Shown: piece by piece, positions 18,101 to 26,885 of the stretch | Position numbering within the stretch: the stretch's first letter is position 1 | Layout: each line of letters begins with the position of its first letter | Source of the DNA: Tolypothrix carrinoi HA7290-LM1 | GTDB lineage: Bacteria; Cyanobacteriota; Cyanobacteriia; Cyanobacteriales; Nostocaceae | Direction: 5' to 3' | NCBI GenBank assembly: GCA_019358935.1 | Contig: JAHHIK010000069.1 | Span: 1-43,712, forward strand | Length of the DNA stretch: 43,712 nucleotides | The notes under the pieces: model-generated | Seen by the model: only the letters and a program-made list of their open reading frames with translations | What the model was told of the DNA's origin: nothing | Database searches by the model: none | Made by a program: the position numbers and the translations under genes

Positions 18101-19017
18101 AATAAACTCAACAAATAACTCAGTTGTTTTGCATCCTCACTCAATTCTTGCCAGCTAAGTTCAAAAGCAGCAGTAATACTTCTTCCTTGATGATCATCAT
18201 TAATAGCTTCTTGTGCTAGCTTTTCTTTTTCTAGTCGTTTCTGCATTGCTGACACAGATAAATCCTGTTTTCTATCTAGATACCGACCTACTAACTCTAA
18301 ACCCAAAGGCAAATAATCGAGCCATTCACAAAGCTGCTTTGCATAATCCATTTCTTTATCAATGCGCTTATCCTCTTCTCTCAGAATTGATCTCAGTAGT
18401 TTCAAAGCAACAGACTCATTCAAAACAGAAATCTCTAAAAATTTAATCCCAGGTGGTCCATAGGTTAAACGTGTTGTAATCAATACCTTAAAACGGTCTT
18501 CCGAAGGTAAGTAGTTAAAGATTCTGGCAAAATCGTTTACGTCATCGAAAACAATTAAAACTTTTCCTTCACGCCAATGTGACCAACAAAATCCCAACTG
18601 ATTGCGGATATCTAAGTCTTTTGGAGGGTCAATACCAAGAAACGAACGAGCAAAGTCTAAAATGCTCTTGGCAACATCTGTATCTCTAGCTGAGAGCCAG
18701 CAAATACCACCTCCATAGATTTCTTGGTATTGGCGTGCATATTGAATAGCTAGCTCAGTTTTACCAATGCCACCAGTACCGTAGAGAGCAATTACATAGA
18801 ACTGCATGAAGTCCTCATAGATGTTTTTAACTACCTCTTCACGACCGATAAACTCTGTAGCGTTGGGAAGAGGAACATTCATGGGAAAACCCGTAGGCTG
18901 TGAAGTTACAGGACTTGTCCCCAAAATCTGGTTCAGAATACCAACAGTTGTCGTACCCCCCTGATTCACTAAGCCTGCTTTTTGTGCAGAGATAGAATAA
19001 TTTTCATTACTGGGCAT
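15148..19017 (-). CDS. NLR-like STAND protein: short N-terminal motif, NB-ARC, kinesin-light-chain-type TPRs, C-terminal coiled coil
   Basis: FIGRE, GTGGIGKT, VLIVFDDV, VLITTR, YLPLGL, FHHLV; repeated G..HP..A....NLA..Y..QG TPRs; S-rich linker and about 200-aa coiled-coil tail. Confidence 0.92.
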   Translation of the reverse strand: MPSNENYSISAQKAGLVNQGGTTTVGILNQILGTSPVTSQPTGFPMNVPLPNATEFIGREEVVKNIYEDFMQFYVIALYGTGGIGKTELAIQYARQYQEIYGGGICWLSARDTDVAKSILDFARSFLGIDPPKDLDIRNQLGFCWSHWREGKVLIVFDDVNDFARIFNYLPSEDRFKVLITTRLTYGPPGIKFLEISVLNESVALKLLRSILREEDKRIDKEMDYAKQLCEWLDYLPLGLELVGRYLDRKQDLSVSAMQKRLEKEKLAQEAINDDHQGRSITAAFELSWQELSEDAKQLSYLLSLFALAPIPWWIVEHLQFEQKPNNVEKLRDDWLLKFSLLQRQETSLYQFHHLVREFIKNKCDQSNGTDDLKKSFCCEIMNLVNQLLRGESPDAVDNTPIMLVVTHIEEIATTFSYLMDGSEIVMSHTWLLLIYSYLGIYAQAADWGEKCQSQMASRGITKDINLLWSRYELSHIYSRQGNFRKAEKSLRELLPQAKNAFDEEEAKAVFEANVSSDLGKLLATQGYFENAENYCRESLRILEEIVAKQDRNLTPNLSLDLIPSLSALADVCRIRGKYQEAGELYEKLFELGEFESEERQQYLQKNPVIVIDVLIKFSTLYLEQGLTGAAEEFCSDAQKIVEDTFGDEHPIYAIYLSNLAQVYLAQGRHQEAEEICLQAIEINKSKDNTGHPTHAINLMNLGSIYTAQGRHEDAEILYREALEIQERIYGKEHTDVAESLLRLAVNYLEQGSADKAKPNLTKAQKMYKSVLGTSHPKYGELLCVLADVSFSQKEYEKTESLYREAIEVFQQTLGDSHPKLGEKLSVLAGFLVSQNRKEDAEQFYQKSLAVAKQVFGKDNPNVCEYMLEIAELNRSLGREAEAESMYTDAIGIYNQDKSINPDFSEGLMRLIELYKSQGRYHEVVALYKRLLDVSRQLLGNEHPNVVNILNKLASHLTNQALDDKDASKEACYQEAAKLYEEALKITKHIFKENHPSIATNMGNLAYVYESLAKFDEAGELYRQALEINTRAYGDSHQKVVMIQKALAQLDNHKKLSGSHKKEFNSPNSESSTSGASKSETLPREQPSNNEIALPIQEIKEQSTDVESKLKENLQQQKANLENELKNLTQQNNQLEDNLKKLQEQQKLFEAQIENYQQKNLAHQSTIKTVAQELIRLTQEECAKLSEPLAVVLNDLAQQRQNYQQTWDKLQTAIQQFNKYAEETDEIYSHLHAHYQADNILAQNLLPLDRNKVDRIIQTVRQLLADLDKELSDARIQHETAQKKSIVTF

Positions 19018-19066
19018 AATTTAGCTTCCTTGATTGCTGTATATTCACTTGACAATAAGTAAAACT

Positions 19067-20632
19067 TTACTTGAATCTTGATGTAAGAATATCTGCAAAG
19101 ATTTCCAATTCGCACTCTAAGCTCTGCTGAGCTTTACAGTCTTCAATCACTAAATACAATATATTTGCATGGCTGACTCGCATTCCTACTCGCCAATTGT
19201 TATCGCTAGAATAATTCGGTAATTGTCTACCATCTAACTTGACTTCTTTAAAAATACGCCCTTGTATATTGGCATCTACCCACACAGTTATAGTTAACAG
19301 ATGTTTTGTAAATGCTATTAGTAAAGGTCGGTCGATAAATTTGGTGTTTAGTAAGTCATCTAAATTTGTGCCACTTTGGATAATCGGAATCAACTGTTGT
19401 TCTTTTTCCGCATGAGCATTCAAACTTTCTCCCACAATGCCAAATGTATATGCACATCTTTCAACGGGGTCAATTAAGCTGTTAGCTATGAGACATGCAC
19501 CGTGGGAGATAGCAAAAGAACTGTGAGCATTGTTGAAGTTGGGATCAGAACGGGGGTCGTTTTCTTGAATATCCAGAGTTTGCAGGATAGCATTTTGAGC
19601 TAGGATAAATTGGGATAAATCACCTATAAGAAACAGAAAATCAAACGATTGTTGATGGCTTTGCATCCAGATTTGCAAGCGTTGGCTCATCTCCTGAATT
19701 GTGTTTTGGATAGGTGCAAATGCTTCACTGATGTGTCGGCATTTGACTGCATATCCACCACCAAAGCAATAGAGGTTGTATTCTGACATTGCCTCTGGCA
19801 TTTTCAAATATGTCATCAGTCTGCTAGTACTTTCTGGTTGAGAGTTAAGTTTTTTTAAGTCAAAATCTCTCAGTAAACGCATAAATTCAGGATTTTCTTT
19901 AGTTAAAGAATCCCCATGTTTTTGAGTATAGGCTAATTGTACACATCGGCGATCAAAGGCAAAATCTGCATCTTCTTGTGAGTCTGAATAGATAACCTTG
20001 ACTTTGTTCGTCGTACTGATGGCACACAAACTCAGGTTCAAACTACTACTCCCTAGATGACAAACTAACAGGTTGCCATGTGTTTTTAGGTGCTGGTGTT
20101 GCTTTTGCCAAATCCAGTATGCAGCAGCAGCAACAGAATCACTAATTAATTGAAAATTCTTTTCTGCTATGCCCAGTTCGTTCACAATTAGCTGCTCTAA
20201 ATATCTTTTTTCTGGACTAGTGATATCTCGGTAATAACTTTCTGGTATAGAGATAACTAGGCTGGCAATCTTACCTTTTTGCTGACTAAAACTAGAATTC
20301 TTAACTGTTGAGGAAAACAACAACTCACGTAAAAAATCTGCTGTGACAGTCATGCGTTCGCGCTGCTGTCGCTCCCGATTCCAATACTCTAAGGCATGAA
20401 AAAGCAGTTGCTTCTCAAAGCGCCCATAGCAGTCTATATTTGGGTTACAGATTATCTCAATACGAGCTGCATCACCAATTACTATGCTATTACCATCGTA
20501 TACAATCCAACCGGTAATGTGTTTTTGTTTATTATCAGACTCGTACTCAAAGATATGTAATTCACCGTTCGCTAGGTAAGAAACTACTGAGTTAGCCGTA
20601 CCAAAGTCAAGCCCAACTTGATGTGGAAACAT
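19067..20632 (-). CDS. Divergent Hsp70-family protein with degenerate ATPase motifs
   Basis: VGLDFGTANSVVS intact; SDSVAAA, VCHLGSSSLNLS and LIGDLS where EPTAAA, DLGGGTFDVS and LVGGSS are expected; AISHGACL. Confidence 0.8.
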   Translation of the reverse strand: MFPHQVGLDFGTANSVVSYLANGELHIFEYESDNKQKHITGWIVYDGNSIVIGDAARIEIICNPNIDCYGRFEKQLLFHALEYWNRERQQRERMTVTADFLRELLFSSTVKNSSFSQQKGKIASLVISIPESYYRDITSPEKRYLEQLIVNELGIAEKNFQLISDSVAAAAYWIWQKQHQHLKTHGNLLVCHLGSSSLNLSLCAISTTNKVKVIYSDSQEDADFAFDRRCVQLAYTQKHGDSLTKENPEFMRLLRDFDLKKLNSQPESTSRLMTYLKMPEAMSEYNLYCFGGGYAVKCRHISEAFAPIQNTIQEMSQRLQIWMQSHQQSFDFLFLIGDLSQFILAQNAILQTLDIQENDPRSDPNFNNAHSSFAISHGACLIANSLIDPVERCAYTFGIVGESLNAHAEKEQQLIPIIQSGTNLDDLLNTKFIDRPLLIAFTKHLLTITVWVDANIQGRIFKEVKLDGRQLPNYSSDNNWRVGMRVSHANILYLVIEDCKAQQSLECELEIFADILTSRFK

Positions 20633-20994
20633 AAAATTTAATTTATAAAACTAAACATTAAGCTGCTTGCTGTGTGTTGTTCTGTCGCTAACGCACTAGC
20701 TACAACAAAACCTACCTGACAAATTTAAGATTTACTTTACAAATCAGGTCTAACCATCGCTTTTGAGTATTGTCATAATAGTAGCCAGTGATCAACTGAG
20801 AATATCAGGATATTTTTTTGTTTTGATTTTAACTCAATTTTAGAAAACAATAATGTGCATTGTTTTTATTTTAGTGATAAACTAACCACTAATCCTAGTA
20901 AAAACCTGGATTTTTTTCTGCGTCGAGATAAAAAACTATCATTTTTTAGGTGTAAAAAGTAAAAAAAATTACATTAATAAATGCAATTAAATTT

Positions 20995-21107
20995 TATTAC
21001 TCCCTTCCCGCTCGAAGAATACTTATTTAACGAACCGCGAAGACACGAAGGACACGAAGGAGGAAGAAAAAGAAGATAGGTAATTTTGTAGCGGGAAGGG
21101 GGTAATA
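20995..21107. mobile_element. MITE with TA ends (IS630-like architecture)
   Basis: TATTACTCCCTTCCCGCT ... AGCGGGAAGGGGGTAATA (one mismatch); internal gacacgaag tandem. Confidence 0.75.
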
Positions 21108-21128
21108 GCCAACTTACAGCCTAACAAT

Positions 21129-22013
21129 ATGAGAATTGTGGAGATTGGTCATGAGGGAGTTGGTAAAACAACATTCATGGCATCTATGTACGGTACGTTA
21201 CAAAGAGGCATTGAAGGATTCAGTTTACGGGCAACTTACATCAACGATCACAATAGGCTGATTAAACTTGCCAAAAATATAGAACAGAATAAGTATCCTG
21301 CTCCTACAGACCAAAGGCACGAGTATCAATTTTACTTACAGTATCAAGGTAAAGATATTTTCCCCTTTACATGGGCTGACTATCGGGGGGGAGCTATCCG
21401 AGAAACTCAAGACAGCGAACAGGCTAGATTGTTGCAGAAAGATTTACAGCAGGCAGATGGTGTTTTAATTTTTTGTGATTGTCAGGCTCTTGTACAAAAA
21501 GATAGCCGAAGAAATCAAATTGGTAGAATGACGGCACTGATTACAAATGCGTTAAAAAATATAGAACGCCCGATTGGACTTGCGGTTGTTTTAACTAAAG
21601 CAGATTTAGTCGATGAACTAAATGAAGATGACCTCAAAATCTTTGAGGGATTGTCAAAAGCTATAAAAATCAGTAACTACATTGCAAGTATGATGATTCC
21701 GGTTGCCTGTGGGCCAGAACCGATAAATGTTCAAATACCTTTACTGTTTGTACTCTACATAGGGGTCTTTATCCAAGCCAATTATCTTGCTAAAGAAATA
21801 GAGGAACATCAGCAGATGGCGGAATACTATGAAAAACAAACTCACGGTTTTGGTGGTTTTGTACAGGAGCTGTGGGATATTTTCCAAGGCAATACTACTT
21901 ACAGAGCAATGTCTCAGGATAGTCTAGAAAAAGCGATCGCAAAGTACAAAGAATTAGAACCACTGATTGAACCTGTGGAAGCATTGAAGAAGTATCTCTC
22001 AATTGGCGAGTAA
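21129..22013 (+). CDS. TRAFAC-class GTPase 1
   Basis: G1 GHEGVGKTT, G2 PAPT, G3 DYRGG, G4 TKAD; C-terminal helical/amphipathic tail. Confidence 0.88.
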   Translation: MRIVEIGHEGVGKTTFMASMYGTLQRGIEGFSLRATYINDHNRLIKLAKNIEQNKYPAPTDQRHEYQFYLQYQGKDIFPFTWADYRGGAIRETQDSEQARLLQKDLQQADGVLIFCDCQALVQKDSRRNQIGRMTALITNALKNIERPIGLAVVLTKADLVDELNEDDLKIFEGLSKAIKISNYIASMMIPVACGPEPINVQIPLLFVLYIGVFIQANYLAKEIEEHQQMAEYYEKQTHGFGGFVQELWDIFQGNTTYRAMSQDSLEKAIAKYKELEPLIEPVEALKKYLSIGE

Positions 22014-22050
22014 TAAGACAAGATGAAAAATAAAATAAGGAGATTAACAG

Positions 22051-23187
22051 ATGTCTCGTTGGGCAGTGATCGTCTATGGTCGAACTTATGAAGTTGATTT
22101 TCGCTTCCTAGCTCTTCCTCATGACTTTAATAGGGCAGAACAAGATTGGACGATGGCCCATATCCAAACGATGACTCGTCTTGCAGAAGACTTACCAGGT
22201 AAGCCGCGATGGGCAGTTTTCAAAAATGACAAGCTTTGTGTAGTTGGGGTCGCCTGCATGGCGCGTGACCTTGGTAGTCAAGTCAATACCAACGATGAAG
22301 AAGATATAACACGAGACCAAAGAGGGCGTCCACTTTACACCTTTGTGGGGTATGCTACAAGACTCGGAGAACAAGACGTAGTTGAAATTCCTGACTATTT
22401 GAATAAAAATTTAAGCTTATTTAGCCGTCCCTACTATGAGTATGTATCTGTAAATTGGCGAGTCAAATCATATGATAGCAGAAGCAGTGTCGCTATTCCT
22501 ACAGACTACCAAGATTGTCTCCCGACTGTTGAAATTCCTGCTGACTTAAATAGAAGAGAATTTAGCTTGAATGTAGCAGAAGATGATGCAGTTTACCTAT
22601 GGTGTGATCGGGAAGAAGAAAGGCATTATCTATGGACTGCTGCTGCTGAGCAGATTCGCGCAGGTCACAATGTTTCCTTGTGTTTGGGTCTGGCATTGCG
22701 GAACAATGCTATTAATGGAGCTTTCCTCAACGCCACGGCTGCTGATGTCGCAGCAAAGGAAAAAATAATTAGGATACAGGAAAGAACTCCTGTTTCTTTA
22801 CCAGACTCTGCTTCTAAGTTAAGTGAACCCACACCGAACCTACAAAGTCCTGGGAGTGGAAAGCATAAAATAGTTTTCATATTGCTACAAGTAAGTGCTG
22901 GAATAATTGGAGCGATTTGCGGATTTCTAGTAGCTAGAATACTGAAATTGGGAACTGCTAAAGTTGCGGTCTATACTTTTGTCGGAGGGGTCATTGCTTG
23001 GATTCTACTGCTTCTTGCTTTTGCAGTAAATCTTCTGGTTAAAAATAATTCTTCTGTGAAACCTAGATTTCATCAAAATGATCGTGACTCGAACGTTTCA
23101 TCCTCCAACCAGGATCGAATGCTTGGTTTTAGAGATAAAACCGAGCAGGATAGGACAGAAGAAGATGATTTTATGGGATGGAGATAA
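22051..23187 (+). CDS. GTPase-associated (GAP1-like) protein with two TM helices
   Basis: YGRTYEVDFRF and RDQRGRPLYTFVGY; two TM helices near the C-terminus; paralog of 25357..26850. Confidence 0.7.
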   Translation: MSRWAVIVYGRTYEVDFRFLALPHDFNRAEQDWTMAHIQTMTRLAEDLPGKPRWAVFKNDKLCVVGVACMARDLGSQVNTNDEEDITRDQRGRPLYTFVGYATRLGEQDVVEIPDYLNKNLSLFSRPYYEYVSVNWRVKSYDSRSSVAIPTDYQDCLPTVEIPADLNRREFSLNVAEDDAVYLWCDREEERHYLWTAAAEQIRAGHNVSLCLGLALRNNAINGAFLNATAADVAAKEKIIRIQERTPVSLPDSASKLSEPTPNLQSPGSGKHKIVFILLQVSAGIIGAICGFLVARILKLGTAKVAVYTFVGGVIAWILLLLAFAVNLLVKNNSSVKPRFHQNDRDSNVSSSNQDRMLGFRDKTEQDRTEEDDFMGWR

Positions 23188-23189
23188 GT

Positions 23190-24179
23190 ATGCGAATTAT
23201 TATGCTCGGTCACACAGGAGTAGGTAAAACTACTTATATGGCATCGCTTTACGGGAGTATGCAACAAAGCATAGAAGGATTTAGATTAAAGGCAGTTGAA
23301 CCTGAAAACCACAGGCGATGGGTAGAAATTGCCGAGCAAATTCAGCAGGGTAAATATCCGGCATTGACAGACCAGAGACAAGAATATAATTTCTATTTGC
23401 GGTATCAAGGTAAGAATATCTTGAAGTTTGCTTGGGCTGACTACCGGGGTGGAGCAATTCGGGAAACTCAAGAAAGTGAGCAAGCAAAAGCTTTGCTTCA
23501 AGACTTGAAAACAGCAGATGGCATCATGCTGTTTTGCGATTGTAATGCTCTTGTCCAAAGCGATACGCGCAGCAATCAAATCGGTAGAATGACAACACTT
23601 GCTAGTCAGGCATTGCGAGAGTTAGACCGTCCAATGTCTTTGGCCATTGTCCTCACTAAGACTGACTTGGTAGTAGATTTTCAGGTGGACTTACTGCAAA
23701 GTCTTAATGGTTTGATTTCAGCTATCAACGCTAGTGACTTTGTATTGGGTGCGTTGCTTCCTATAGCCTGCGGTACACAGTTACGTAATGTGCCAATGCC
23801 TTTGCTGTTCGTTCTTCACGCCGCTGTCGTATTTCAAGCAGCGACGACCTATGCAGTGCTTGAGTCTCATGAAGAACGTGCCAAATCCTATGAAGCACAA
23901 AGCCGAGGGTTTGTAGGAGTAGCAGATTGGGTTATTTCCAAAATCAGTAATCAAGAAACTTATCGAGAAATGGCAGCAAAGGAGAAGAAACAAGCAGTGG
24001 AGAAGCAGCAGGAATTTGAGGAAATTATCGAACCAGCAATGTCGTTATATAACTATGTCCAGAAGTTACCCCTGATTAAACCTGACCTTGATTTAAATGA
24101 TTATGCAAGACTGCTCTCAGATAATAAAGGTAGGGTGATCGAAAATTCTGGGAATAATTTGGATATCTGGACAATTTAG
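23190..24179 (+). CDS. TRAFAC-class GTPase 2 (close paralog of GTPase 1)
   Basis: GHTGVGKTT, DYRGGAIRETQ, TKTD; probable start MRIIML at 23190. Confidence 0.88.
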   Translation: MRIIMLGHTGVGKTTYMASLYGSMQQSIEGFRLKAVEPENHRRWVEIAEQIQQGKYPALTDQRQEYNFYLRYQGKNILKFAWADYRGGAIRETQESEQAKALLQDLKTADGIMLFCDCNALVQSDTRSNQIGRMTTLASQALRELDRPMSLAIVLTKTDLVVDFQVDLLQSLNGLISAINASDFVLGALLPIACGTQLRNVPMPLLFVLHAAVVFQAATTYAVLESHEERAKSYEAQSRGFVGVADWVISKISNQETYREMAAKEKKQAVEKQQEFEEIIEPAMSLYNYVQKLPLIKPDLDLNDYARLLSDNKGRVIENSGNNLDIWTI

Positions 24180-24365
24180 ATTTTTTAATTCCCAACTAAT
24201 AGTTCATTTATAAAACAAATCTTAAGCTTGTCTGAAGAAAAGAAATTGGGTTTATTCGTATATCAAGTATAATTATTTATACCAAAAATCTGATTTGTAT
24301 AATTTAAGTTTTTCTTTATAAATCAACTCTCATAGCCGCACTGATGACTAACAAAGGAGATATTT

Positions 24366-25364
24366 ATGGCAGCCGAGGCTAAGATTACGATGTTAGGTGT
24401 TGAGGGAGCAGGAAAAACCTGCTACATGCTGGGACTATACGCGACCATGCAGTTGGGCTTACAAGGATTCACCTTAACAACTACTGACATGGATGAAGAC
24501 TTGAGATTGACTAGTTTATGGGAGAAAATGGTTGATGAAGAAGGAGAAGATCGGTGGCCCCTACCAACAGGTGGCGAGCCGCATCAATACGAGTTTGATT
24601 TCAGTTATGGTATGAGACCACTGATTAGCTTCGATTGGTTAGATTACCGAGGTGGAGCTATGAAGAATTTATCCACACAAGCAGACGTTCAGATACTCAT
24701 GAAGCGACTTTTGGAATCAAGTTGCGTGTTTTTGTGTGTTTCTGGGGAGCACTTGAGGGAAGAAGTAAGCAGTGACATGGAACTAATGTCTGTTGCCAGG
24801 AAAGCAGGAGTTGACAGAATGAATAAATTCCTGATGGATCTATCAAAAAATCTTAAGGACTCCCAAAGACCTTTTCCTATTGTGATTGTAATTACTAAGT
24901 ACGACCAATGTGCCGAACGGGCACAAGATAAGGCATCAAGGGAAAAGTTATTTGATGACATTAAAAAAATGTTCAATGCATTATTCTTGCCAAATAAAGA
25001 TTGGCTAGTGATGCTCTGTCCAGTGACTTTAGGTAAAGGGCTGGAAGAAGATAGTCTTACAGGAAAGATACAGCCTAAAAATTTACATTTACCTCTAGTG
25101 TTTGCACTGTATGCAAAGCTCCGTGAATATGCAATGACTGAACAAGCTAGGGTGAATGAAACAAAAATCAGATTAGATACAATAAAAAGTGGAAAATGGT
25201 TTCAACGATTGTTTACTGGCGACGATCAACGCGCAACTGAGTCGTCTTTAGAGAATTATCAAAATCAGCTGCAAGAGATTCAGAAAAGAATGGCTTTATT
25301 AGCTCAAGAACTAACAAACGCGCAAATGTTCCTTGGCGGGAAGGAGCAACAGGTCGATGTCTGA
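24366..25364 (+). CDS. TRAFAC-class GTPase 3
   Basis: GVEGAGKTC, WPLPT, DYRGG, TKYD; AAGGAG RBS; C-terminal coiled coil. Confidence 0.88.
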   Translation: MAAEAKITMLGVEGAGKTCYMLGLYATMQLGLQGFTLTTTDMDEDLRLTSLWEKMVDEEGEDRWPLPTGGEPHQYEFDFSYGMRPLISFDWLDYRGGAMKNLSTQADVQILMKRLLESSCVFLCVSGEHLREEVSSDMELMSVARKAGVDRMNKFLMDLSKNLKDSQRPFPIVIVITKYDQCAERAQDKASREKLFDDIKKMFNALFLPNKDWLVMLCPVTLGKGLEEDSLTGKIQPKNLHLPLVFALYAKLREYAMTEQARVNETKIRLDTIKSGKWFQRLFTGDDQRATESSLENYQNQLQEIQKRMALLAQELTNAQMFLGGKEQQVDV

Positions 25365-26850
25365 AGAAACTTCCGATATTATTCTCGATACACAAACGCC
25401 TGTATCAAAATGGGCACCCATTATCTATGGGCGAACCTATGCAGTAGATTTCCGTTTTCTTGTTATTCCTCATAACTTTGATGACCAGTTCAAAGATTCG
25501 TTATGGGAATATATTAAAGTGACAACCCGTGGAGCGGAAAATCTCCCAGAAAACCCACGCTGGATATTTATAAGGAGTAAACAACGTTGCGTAGTTGGTG
25601 TAACTTGTATGGTCAGGGATTTAATAGGTTCCCAAGCGGGCAATACTCCAGAGGATTTAACAAGAGATAAACTTGGGCGACCATTGTATGTCTTTGTCGG
25701 TTATGTTTCAGAAGACCCCATGACATCTATCATTCCAGCCATGAATTTGGAACTTTTCGCCGAGCCTTACAAAGAATTTGTCCCACAGAAATGGCAAGAA
25801 GTTTATGCTGACCTTGGCAGCAATCAAGCAGTTCCACAGGAACTGAAATCACAGTATGATAGGGAATTTACTTTGCAAGAATTAGCAACTGAGGACTTAA
25901 ATCAAGAGCGAATTTCAATTGACAAATTTTTTTCAAACAGGCAGAATTCAATTATTTTTTGGAATATATCTAATGCCATAAATATATGGTTTACTACCTC
26001 AAAAAATAATGAGCCTTTATCAATTTGTTTTGGAAATTTAAGTAAGCGAGATTTAATTACTTCTAAGTTTCAAAATGCTGTAATTGATGAGGTGGAATTT
26101 CGAGAAGTAGAGACAAAAGTGCAAGATGTTTCACCCTCACAACCTTCTCCCCAATCTCCGAAACAACAAGTTTCTCGACGGAACACTGATTATTCATCAA
26201 ATCAGCCTGTTGAGCGTAATATTCCTCGTCAAGGTGTTGAACATAGCAGTAACTTGCTGATTGATGCGTTTTCTAGTTTATCTAGTTTATATGTTGGGAC
26301 GGCTACTGGTCTGTCCCAGATGGTGCGAAGTAGTATTGAGTTGATCGGGGGAGAAGATGAGGCTAGAAAGGTCGATAAAATTATGATTACGAACCTAGCT
26401 CCTATAGTTAAGCTACTACTGCCTGATGAAGTTGTCGATGAAATGTGTTCACAAGTAGTGAAGTTAGATGAGTGGAAAAAAAGGTTATTAGCTGCCATAA
26501 GAGAACACAAAGCTCAGTTATATCAACTAGAAGAGGAAAGAGAGGATTTGCTCAGACAGGGTAGGTATGCGGAAGCTGAGGCGATAAAGAGCGAAGAAAA
26601 TCGAATCCGTCAGAAACTAAAGCTTGTAGATGACAAATTGGAAGAACTCACGAATTTAATTCCTCGAAAGCGAAGTCATTCAAAGCAGCTAGGACAGTCT
26701 AGACAGTCAGAGCAGGTAAACAGAGAAGTTCAAACAGATATGAATTTTGGTTTCAAAGAAAAAGAGCAATCTTTCGAAAATGAAGCTAAAGATAGAAGAG
26801 AAAGCACTGAAAATAACCCACCAAAATCGAAAGACCTTTGGGAATTGTAA
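25357..26850 (+). CDS. GTPase-associated (GAP1-like) protein with coiled-coil C-terminus
   Basis: YGRTYAVDFRF and RDKLGRPLYVFVGY; start overlaps the GTPase 3 stop. Confidence 0.7.
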   Translation: MSEETSDIILDTQTPVSKWAPIIYGRTYAVDFRFLVIPHNFDDQFKDSLWEYIKVTTRGAENLPENPRWIFIRSKQRCVVGVTCMVRDLIGSQAGNTPEDLTRDKLGRPLYVFVGYVSEDPMTSIIPAMNLELFAEPYKEFVPQKWQEVYADLGSNQAVPQELKSQYDREFTLQELATEDLNQERISIDKFFSNRQNSIIFWNISNAINIWFTTSKNNEPLSICFGNLSKRDLITSKFQNAVIDEVEFREVETKVQDVSPSQPSPQSPKQQVSRRNTDYSSNQPVERNIPRQGVEHSSNLLIDAFSSLSSLYVGTATGLSQMVRSSIELIGGEDEARKVDKIMITNLAPIVKLLLPDEVVDEMCSQVVKLDEWKKRLLAAIREHKAQLYQLEEEREDLLRQGRYAEAEAIKSEENRIRQKLKLVDDKLEELTNLIPRKRSHSKQLGQSRQSEQVNREVQTDMNFGFKEKEQSFENEAKDRRESTENNPPKSKDLWEL

Positions 26851-26885
26851 GCTAATAATTATACCAGTTTCTTTTACTTCACTGG

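Noticed and set aside
19067..20632. Calling the gene dnaK
   Set aside because: Catalytic motifs are degenerate, and there is no canonical C-terminus or dnaJ/grpE context
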